Positions 56,918-64,000 of a DNA stretch of 64,000 nt are shown piece by piece. The notes under the pieces are model-generated. The model was not told where the DNA came from. It ran no database searches and saw only the letters and a program-made list of their open reading frames with translations. This DNA comes from Candidatus Poribacteria bacterium. Lineage in GTDB: Bacteria; Poribacteria; WGA-4E; WGA-3G. Location of the stretch: positions 640,001 through 704,000 of the forward strand of contig CBDANF010000002.1 in the NCBI GenBank assembly GCA_965197475.1, written 5' to 3'. The position numbers and the translations under genes are program-made. Numbering within the stretch: the stretch's first letter is position 1; each line of letters opens with the position of its first letter.

Positions 56918-59900
56918 ATGCAAATTGACTTTGAACAAACGCGCGAATACCTCAAAGAATTCAAATTTGAAGACCTTTTTATTGAGGAACTCGGTTGGGA
57001 TAACCCTCCTGAAACGTTGAACGTTACTATAGACGAAACCGAATATGTTCTTACTGCAATTGCCCACAAACGCGGCATGGTTGTCTACGAATGTCCACAA
57101 ACTACATCTCAGGAAAACATTCCAGTCTACGCTACCCGCCGCAAGATTCAAAAGCAAGTCGCCAAATCCACCCACGAGAACTTTATCATCTACACCAACG
57201 CAGAGAAAACCACACAAATTTGGCAGTGGGTTAAAAGAGAACAGGGAAAACCTGATGCATGCCGTGAACACCGTTACGAAATCTGGCAGTCAGGTGATTC
57301 TCTGATTCAGAAGTTGCAAAACATTGCCTTTAGTTTTGAAGAGGAAGAGGAAATTTCTCTCTTTAGCGTGATTGAACGCGTCGGAACAGCCTTTTACGCT
57401 GAACGGGTCACCAAAAAGTTTTATGACCGTTTCAAGAAGGAGCATGACGCATTCCTCGAATTTCTCAATGGGATTCCAGATGAAGAGATGCAAAAATGGT
57501 ATGTTTCTGTGATGCTCAACCGCCTCATGTTTATCTACTTTATCCAAAAGAAAGGTTTTCTGAATAGTGATATAAACTATCTGCAAACGAAGCTAAGAGA
57601 AACACAACAGAACGGTACGGATCTATACTACAAAGAATTCCTGTGCCCGCTATTCTTTGAAGGGTTTGCGAAGCCTGAAAACGAAAGAGATAGGGATATT
57701 TCAGACCAACTCGGTACGATCCCTTATCTCAACGGCGGTATCTTCCAAAAACATCAACTTGAGACGCTTCACGGTGAAAACATTGAGATTCCCGACACAG
57801 CATTTAAGAAACTGTTTAGTTTCTTTGAGCAATACCAGTGGCACCTTGATGATCGTCAACTGCGGAACGATAACGAAATCAACCCTGATGTGCTCGGATA
57901 CATCTTTGAAAAATACATCAACCAGAAACAGATGGGCGCATACTATACCAAAGAGGACATCACGGAGTACATCAGCAAAAACACCATCATTCCGTTTTTA
58001 TTTGACGCTGCGAAGAAATCATGTAAAATTGCATTTGAAGGTGATGCATCTGTCTGGAAACTACTACAAGAAGACCCAGACAGGTATATCTATGATGCAG
58101 TCAAAAAAGGTGTTAAATTAGATTTGCCAGAGGATATTACTGCTGGAATTGACGATGTCTCCAAGCGGACCGAATGGAACGAACGCGCCCCCGAAGGAGT
58201 TGATGAAATCGCCCTACCGACAGAAATCTGGCGGGAGGTTGTTGCACGCAGACAACGGCATGAACAAATCCGATCCAAACTCGCAAACGGTAAGATAGAC
58301 AACATCAACGATCTGATTACTTATAACCTCAATATCCGTCAATTCGCACAGGATGTCATCGAAAATTGTGAGGGACCTGAACTGCTCCGCGCTTTCTGGA
58401 AAGCCATCACTGAAGTAACAGTCCTTGACCCGACCTGCGGCTCCGGGGCGTTCTTATTTGCCGCACTGAACATCCTTGAACCACTCTATGAGGCATGCCT
58501 TGATCGGATGCAAGTTTTCCTTGACGAACTCATAACGGTTTCCCCTCTGACAAGGGGGGCAGGGGGGTTAGAGAATATTCCTAAAAAACCGCACGCCCTG
58601 AAATACAAAGACTTCCGCCAAACCCTTGACCGCATTGCGGAACACCCTAACCGCGATTATTTTGTCCTCAAATCTATTATCATCAACAATCTTTACGGTG
58701 TAGACATTATGGAGGAGGCAATTGAGATTTGCAAGCTGCGCCTTTTCCTCAAAATGGTGGCACAGATTGAGGATGTCCAACAGATTGAACCGTTGCCGGA
58801 TATTGACTTTAACATTCAGGCAGGCAATACCCTTGTCGGCTTTGCAACTGATGACGAGATAGAGTCTGCATTTTCCGGTAGGCTTGATTTTGAAAATGCA
58901 ATGGAGCGTATTATAGAAAAAGCTGAGGATATTAAGGAGCGATTCACTCTATTTCGCCAACAGCAAACGGAATTAGGCGGTACAGTAACACAAGCTGACA
59001 AACAGGTGTTACAGAGTGAAATTGGGACATTGGGAGACGAACTCAATGAATACCTTGCTGACATATATGATGTTGATATGAACGAACTGTCTGATTACGA
59101 AGAGTGGCTAAATTCACACAAACCTTTCCACTGGTTTATTGCGTTTTACGGTATTCTTCAAGATGGCGGGTTTGATGTGATTATTGGTAATCCACCGTAT
59201 CTTGAATTAAGAGAGGTAGACTACAGGCCACCTACAAGCCTAATTAGTTATGAAACTAAGACGATCCACGCAATGTGTATGGATCGTAGTTTACAGCTTT
59301 TAATTCAACACGGCTGCATGAGCATGATTGTACCTTCAGCTTTAGTTTCTACACAGCGAATGCGAATTGTCCAAAGTCTTTTGGAAAAAAGTCGTAATGT
59401 TTGGTACGCCAACTATTCATGGCGTCCGGGTAAACTGTTTGATACAGTAAATCGTGCCCTGACTATTTTTGTTGTTGCTCCTTCTAATCAGGGACAGACT
59501 TTTTCTACGAACTATCAGAAATGGACTTCCGAAAATAGGGATTTACTGATGCGGGGTGTTGATTATGCTGAAATTCCGCGTAATAGAACAGCTTTTTGGG
59601 CACCGAAGTTGGGAACGGAAATTGAAAACGTTTTACTCGAAAAATTTATGAGGGTAAAAGCTGTCTTAAAGTTGTTCATGGCAAAAAGTGGAAATCGAGT
59701 TTACTACCGTAATTCAGGCGGATTATATTGGAAGGTATTTACAGACTTTCCTCCTGCGTTCAAAGTCAACGGAGAAACTGGACACTCTACACGTGAGACC
59801 TCTTTCTCATTAGCACAAAGAGGAATGACAAAATCATCTATTGCTATCCTAAGCAGCAACGTTTTTTGGTGGTGGTATACAGTTACTTCGGATTGTCGTT

Positions 59901-60196
59901 CACTCAACCCATCTGATGTCCAAAATTTTCCTGTTTATGAATCTGCACTCAATGATCCGCAACTCATTGAACTCGGAGAGATGTATTTAGAAGATCTACA
60001 ACGTAATAGTATTATGCAGGTTCGCGTTCAAAAACAGACTGGACGCACTGAAACGCAATCGTTCAAAATTCAGAAATCCAAGCACATCATAAATGAAATT
60101 GACCGTGTGCTTGCCGAACACTACGGCTTTACCGACGAGGAATTAGACTTTATCATTAACTACGACATCAAGTATCGTATGGGTTTAGGGAATTGA
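56918..60196 (+). CDS. Large N6-adenine DNA methyltransferase with TRD (Eco57I/type IIG-like)
   Basis: PYLNGGIF, LGYIFE, GAYYT, VLDPTCGSGAFL, YGVD, GNTL, FDVIIGNPPY. Confidence 0.9.
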   Translation: MQIDFEQTREYLKEFKFEDLFIEELGWDNPPETLNVTIDETEYVLTAIAHKRGMVVYECPQTTSQENIPVYATRRKIQKQVAKSTHENFIIYTNAEKTTQIWQWVKREQGKPDACREHRYEIWQSGDSLIQKLQNIAFSFEEEEEISLFSVIERVGTAFYAERVTKKFYDRFKKEHDAFLEFLNGIPDEEMQKWYVSVMLNRLMFIYFIQKKGFLNSDINYLQTKLRETQQNGTDLYYKEFLCPLFFEGFAKPENERDRDISDQLGTIPYLNGGIFQKHQLETLHGENIEIPDTAFKKLFSFFEQYQWHLDDRQLRNDNEINPDVLGYIFEKYINQKQMGAYYTKEDITEYISKNTIIPFLFDAAKKSCKIAFEGDASVWKLLQEDPDRYIYDAVKKGVKLDLPEDITAGIDDVSKRTEWNERAPEGVDEIALPTEIWREVVARRQRHEQIRSKLANGKIDNINDLITYNLNIRQFAQDVIENCEGPELLRAFWKAITEVTVLDPTCGSGAFLFAALNILEPLYEACLDRMQVFLDELITVSPLTRGAGGLENIPKKPHALKYKDFRQTLDRIAEHPNRDYFVLKSIIINNLYGVDIMEEAIEICKLRLFLKMVAQIEDVQQIEPLPDIDFNIQAGNTLVGFATDDEIESAFSGRLDFENAMERIIEKAEDIKERFTLFRQQQTELGGTVTQADKQVLQSEIGTLGDELNEYLADIYDVDMNELSDYEEWLNSHKPFHWFIAFYGILQDGGFDVIIGNPPYLELREVDYRPPTSLISYETKTIHAMCMDRSLQLLIQHGCMSMIVPSALVSTQRMRIVQSLLEKSRNVWYANYSWRPGKLFDTVNRALTIFVVAPSNQGQTFSTNYQKWTSENRDLLMRGVDYAEIPRNRTAFWAPKLGTEIENVLLEKFMRVKAVLKLFMAKSGNRVYYRNSGGLYWKVFTDFPPAFKVNGETGHSTRETSFSLAQRGMTKSSIAILSSNVFWWWYTVTSDCRSLNPSDVQNFPVYESALNDPQLIELGEMYLEDLQRNSIMQVRVQKQTGRTETQSFKIQKSKHIINEIDRVLAEHYGFTDEELDFIINYDIKYRMGLGN

Positions 60197-60627
60197 CTAA
60201 AGAACAAATTATCTTAGAGGCATATAAAGATTTAAGTGCTTGGAATCAACAAGATGCCCAAACTGTCGGGGCTTTTGATAAAATTTTCTTGCCAGTTGTA
60301 ATTGGGGGATTCGTTGCAGCACTTGCCACAAACAATCATCATTATGCCTTTTTCGGAAAGTTGTTATTATGGGCACTCTGGCTACTTCTATCTGACCGAT
60401 ATAAGAAAAGGATTGAAAAAAGATTTTGCATAATGAAAAATATAGAGCGTAATTTAGATTTTGAAGCATATTCACTTATATCCGAAGAAGATATGACAAT
60501 ATCGCCAAATATGAAGGCAAGATGGATTTTCTGCATAGTGACTGTTTTTTTCAGTTTCCTTGGGATGGCACATAAATCCGAGTGGTTATCTTTACTGTGG
60601 CAGCTGCTTGAAGGGGCAGCTGCTTGA
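60193..60627 (+). CDS. Small multi-pass membrane protein
   Basis: TTG start overlapping the MTase stop; about 3 hydrophobic segments; AT-rich. Confidence 0.65.
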   Translation: MTKEQIILEAYKDLSAWNQQDAQTVGAFDKIFLPVVIGGFVAALATNNHHYAFFGKLLLWALWLLLSDRYKKRIEKRFCIMKNIERNLDFEAYSLISEEDMTISPNMKARWIFCIVTVFFSFLGMAHKSEWLSLLWQLLEGAAA

Positions 60628-60794
60628 GCGTTGATAGAAGATTTTTAATTTCAACTCTTGGAAATTATATGGATTTTGGGAATTGAGGCATCAAGTAAAT
60701 AGGTTATATCAACCCTTGCTTCAGAACTTTAAATCGTTTGCACGCAACGCCAATTTCTGTTAAAATTGTATACAAAGGAGTATCCAAACATCTC

Positions 60795-60998
60795 ATGAAA
60801 ACACCACAACGCACAAACACAACCAGCGAAAAACAGGAGCAACGTCTTGTCTTTCTTTTGTATGACGAAGAAGATCTACTTGATTGGGACACTGCTATAA
60901 CCACGCCACCGCCGCGTCAATCGGGAACAATCCGGGTTAAGCTGGTATACAAAGGACGTAGCAAACCGTTTCCTGTTGAAAATTTTTGGGAAGAATAG
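60795..60998 (+). CDS. Small hypothetical protein
   Basis: AAGGAG RBS before ATG 60795; 67 aa. Confidence 0.55.
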   Translation: MKTPQRTNTTSEKQEQRLVFLLYDEEDLLDWDTAITTPPPRQSGTIRVKLVYKGRSKPFPVENFWEE

Positions 60999-61029
60999 GT
61001 AAACAAGTAAATGTTGGAAGGAGACGCAA

Positions 61030-61482
61030 ATGAAATTAATTTTTGCTCTGGGCGTAGCACTTTTTCTCTTTACCACAACTGTGGACAGCCAACTAACGGA
61101 TGCGGACCTGAACAAGATCCGGTTAGTTGTGAAAGAGGAAGTTGAAAAAGCAATTGACGCATCCGAGAAACGAATGAAAGAACATATCTCTCAAGAGATT
61201 GGAAAGGTTGACATCAAAGTCTCTGAAATGGACAAACGCTTTACTGGCAAAATCGCATCGTCGGAGAAAGACTTGAGCGGCGATATTGAGACGTTAGGAG
61301 AACGATTAAATAACATTTTTTTCTTAACCTTAGGTTTGTTAGCATTCATTGCAGTAGTTGTTGGGGTGCCGCAGATTATAGTTGCGATGCAGCGAAAAGA
61401 CATACGCACACAAGACGAAAAAATCGAAGCATTGATGCAAGAGATAGAAACACTTAAACAGGAACGCATTGTTAGACCCTAA
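61030..61482 (+). CDS. Signal peptide + coiled-coil + TM hypothetical protein
   Basis: AAGGAG RBS; heptad pattern; TM FFLTLGLLAFIAVVVGVPQII. Confidence 0.75.
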   Translation: MKLIFALGVALFLFTTTVDSQLTDADLNKIRLVVKEEVEKAIDASEKRMKEHISQEIGKVDIKVSEMDKRFTGKIASSEKDLSGDIETLGERLNNIFFLTLGLLAFIAVVVGVPQIIVAMQRKDIRTQDEKIEALMQEIETLKQERIVRP

Positions 61483-61567
61483 CTGGGACGTTGTCATAGT
61501 CGTGATGCACCATCAAGTATCGTATGGGTTTGGGGAATTAATTTAGGAAAAGGAATGGCGACATCTA

Positions 61568-62305
61568 ATGCAAGGACGACCAAATATCCTCCAACAAACA
61601 CTCGAAACGGCAATCACGTTTCTCTATCCTGCACAATGCCGAGTCTGTGAAAAACCGCTTGGACTTGAATCTGTGCCTTATATGTGCGATGCATGCTGGA
61701 ATGATATGCCGTTAATTGAACCGCCTTGGTGTGAAATGTGCGGCACCCCAAATACTGAAGATGTCTGTGATGAGTGTGCGACCACGCCGCCGCCCTTCGG
61801 AAAATTACGCACGATTGCTTTTTATGAAGTAGCACTTCAGCAGGCAATACACCTCTTTAAGTTTGAAAAACGAACAACGCTTGCAAAACCGCTTGCCCAG
61901 TTGATGATTAGACATATTTCTAATGATTTTAACATGGCAGATTATGACTTTATCCTGCCGATTCCGATTCATAAAAAGCGATTGCGAGAACGAGGCTTTA
62001 ATCAAGCCACCCTACTTGCAAACGGAATTGCCAAAACCAAAAACATACCAGTTGTAACAGATGTTCTCGTTCGACACAAGAACACATCACCGCAGAGCAG
62101 TTTGGATAGAGAAGCACGCCAAACTAACATTGTTGGTGCTTTTGAACTACAGAGAAAAGAAGTTGTGCAGGACAAGCGTATACTTGTTCTTGACGATGTC
62201 TTCACCACAGGTGCTACCGTTCGCGAGGCAGTAAAAGTCTTATGGAATGCCGACCCGGTTGAGATTGATGTGTTAACTTTAGCACGGGCATTAGACCCTG
62301 AATGA
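61568..62305 (+). CDS. comF: ComF family protein (double zinc ribbon + PRTase)
   Basis: Four CxxC motifs, RGFNQA, LDDVFTTGAT. Confidence 0.88.
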   Translation: MQGRPNILQQTLETAITFLYPAQCRVCEKPLGLESVPYMCDACWNDMPLIEPPWCEMCGTPNTEDVCDECATTPPPFGKLRTIAFYEVALQQAIHLFKFEKRTTLAKPLAQLMIRHISNDFNMADYDFILPIPIHKKRLRERGFNQATLLANGIAKTKNIPVVTDVLVRHKNTSPQSSLDREARQTNIVGAFELQRKEVVQDKRILVLDDVFTTGATVREAVKVLWNADPVEIDVLTLARALDPE

Positions 62306-62411
62306 AACCTTTTTGAGATTTTTTGCGTATAAAAAGTAGGTTAAGTATACGGTAATAAAACGTTAAGTTATGAAGTATGTGAAAACCGCATTATTTTGGT
62401 AGGAGGTTCCC

Positions 62412-64000
62412 TTGCACTTAAATAGCATCAAAATAAGTGGATTTAAGAGTTTCGCCGAAGAAGTTGAACTTATACTGGAACCGGGGATTACGACGATTGT
62501 TGGTCCTAACGGTTGTGGAAAGAGTAATGTCTCCGATGCAATTCGGTGGGTACTTGGTGAGCAGAGTGCCCGCGCGCTTCGGTGTACCAATATGCGTGAC
62601 CTCCTTTTCAATGGTGGTGCCAATTTTAGTCCTGCCCAAAAAGCAGCAGTTACGCTATCCTTTACAAACATATCTGAAAATCTATCTATCGGATCACCTG
62701 AAGTGGAAGTCCGCAGACAACTGACACGCGATGGTGAGAGCAGTTATCTTATCAATCAAACTCCCTGCCGCCTACGTGACATAAGCGAACTCTTTATGGA
62801 TACAGGAGTTGGCGTTGATGCCTACTCCGTTATGGAACAGAGCAAAATTGATCTGATTCTCAACGTGCGCCCGGAGGAACGGCGATTCCTTTTTGATGAA
62901 GTCGCGGGTATTACAAAATATAAACATCATAAGAAAACTGCTATCCGTAAATTAGAAGCAACAAAGCAGAATTTGGTTCGCATCAATGATGTTATTCAAG
63001 AGTTACAACGTGAAACTGAATCTCTGAAAACGCAAGCTGAACAAGCAGAACACTATCAATCGTTAAAAGAACAACTCCAACAATTAGAATTAGGTCTTGC
63101 TTTTCGAGAATACGAGAAACTTGATGCAGATTATCGTGAAGCCCAAAATAAATTAGATTCTGTTTCAAATGAAGTTTCTGAAGCAAATCAACTTTTACAA
63201 GAAGCGGATGAACGGATCGAAAACGCAACCGACAGAAGGTCCGAACTTGATACTGCAATTACAACCTCTCAGGAAGAGATAGGTGAGATTTCCGGTCGGA
63301 TAGAGAAGATCGAACGCCAGCTTGTTCAGTACAAAGAACGTCAGTTGAATATTCAACAGCAGCGTCAGAGAGCGCATCAAACGCTTGAATCTCTAAAGAC
63401 ACAGCACGCCAACCTACAAACACAGAAACGCGAAAAGACTCAAGAGCAGAAAAAACTTGATGGCTCGATTAAGATTGAAGAAGGCCGCTTATTTAGAAAG
63501 CAACAAGTTTTAGAAAAATTAACCTCACAGATTGACAAAACGAAAGAGTCTATCCAGGAGGCACAGAATGTTTTGCAGGAAACCTCAACAAAACTTTCCC
63601 AGTGTGAGAACAAACGTTTGTCAATTGAAGACAAGGTTACAAGCACGCAAAGCAGTCTCGACCAACTTCAAGAAAGCTCTGATGCTTTGAAAACAGAGCT
63701 GAAGGCAGCTACGGATGATCGTGAACAAATCCAACATGCAGCCACCCAATTAGATGCCGAATTGATTCAGATTGATACCGAGAAAAACAAAGCCGACACT
63801 ACTCTCAACGAAACTCAGGACGCACTCCGCAAGATTGAATCTGAAATACGTGGGTTTGAAGATAATTTAGGAGGTAGTGTTTCACGGTATAAATCGTTGG
63901 AGCAATTGCAATCTGCTTATGAAGGTTACTACGCAGGTGTACGCGCAATTATGCAGGCAAAAACGCATTTTCCAGACCAATTCGGCGGGATTTGTGGTGT
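62412..64000 (+). CDS. smc: Chromosome segregation protein SMC (5' part, runs off the window)
   Basis: AGGAGG RBS, TTG start; GFKSFA, VGPNGCGKSNVSDAIRWVLGEQSA; long coiled coil reaching the hinge (EGYYAGV). Confidence 0.93.
   Translation, partial: MHLNSIKISGFKSFAEEVELILEPGITTIVGPNGCGKSNVSDAIRWVLGEQSARALRCTNMRDLLFNGGANFSPAQKAAVTLSFTNISENLSIGSPEVEVRRQLTRDGESSYLINQTPCRLRDISELFMDTGVGVDAYSVMEQSKIDLILNVRPEERRFLFDEVAGITKYKHHKKTAIRKLEATKQNLVRINDVIQELQRETESLKTQAEQAEHYQSLKEQLQQLELGLAFREYEKLDADYREAQNKLDSVSNEVSEANQLLQEADERIENATDRRSELDTAITTSQEEIGEISGRIEKIERQLVQYKERQLNIQQQRQRAHQTLESLKTQHANLQTQKREKTQEQKKLDGSIKIEEGRLFRKQQVLEKLTSQIDKTKESIQEAQNVLQETSTKLSQCENKRLSIEDKVTSTQSSLDQLQESSDALKTELKAATDDREQIQHAATQLDAELIQIDTEKNKADTTLNETQDALRKIESEIRGFEDNLGGSVSRYKSLEQLQSAYEGYYAGVRAIMQAKTHFPDQFGGICG

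Larger units (their letters stand above)
60166..61539 (+). repeat. 29-bp direct repeats (methyltransferase 3' end) flanking three small genes
   Basis: catcaagtatcgtatgggttt[a/g]gggaatt at 60166-60194 and 61511-61539; degenerate copy at about 60668-60686. Confidence 0.85.

Noticed and set aside
52300-60196. Complete DISARM or BREX system
   Set aside because: No DrmA/DrmB (DUF1998), PglZ or BrxC genes are visible.
51609-62305. DprA + ComF as a ShosTA-like pair or competence locus
   Set aside because: They are about 9 kb apart, and ComF is the ordinary zinc-ribbon type sitting next to smc.

Overview
Bacterial chromosomal window; the gene families resemble Candidatus Poribacteria (inferred, not verified). 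These include secreted WD40 propellers with dockerin tails, a TolB-like protein ending in a V.P.GK....WG.LK tail, a sulfatase and Gfo/Idh/MocA oxidoreductases. 1-9 kb: tandem array of five secreted dockerin-tailed proteins (one zinc metallopeptidase, four WD40), then tRNA-Leu and tRNA-fMet. 10-31 kb: mostly housekeeping and envelope genes (LysM-M23, barrel-SLT fusion, di-heme cytochrome c, hpt, tilS with a CAT tRNA, argG, MoxR/vWA, broken sulfatase, Gld-like ABC cluster). 32-44 kb: an intact IS1 with 8-bp target duplication, a frameshifted TolB-like gene, a degenerate ISKra4-like element and a 1327-aa WD40 protein. 46-61.5 kb: defence-like island with MNT-HEPN, DprA-like, PLD-SNF2 helicase, PIN toxin-antitoxin and an N6-adenine methyltransferase followed by repeat-flanked cargo. 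The standout is a single 1428-aa ORF fusing an ECF sigma factor, an FtsZ with degenerate catalytic loops, and a DnaE core truncated after the HhH domain. The window ends with comF and the 5' part of smc. All calls come from motif reading by eye; no database searches were run.
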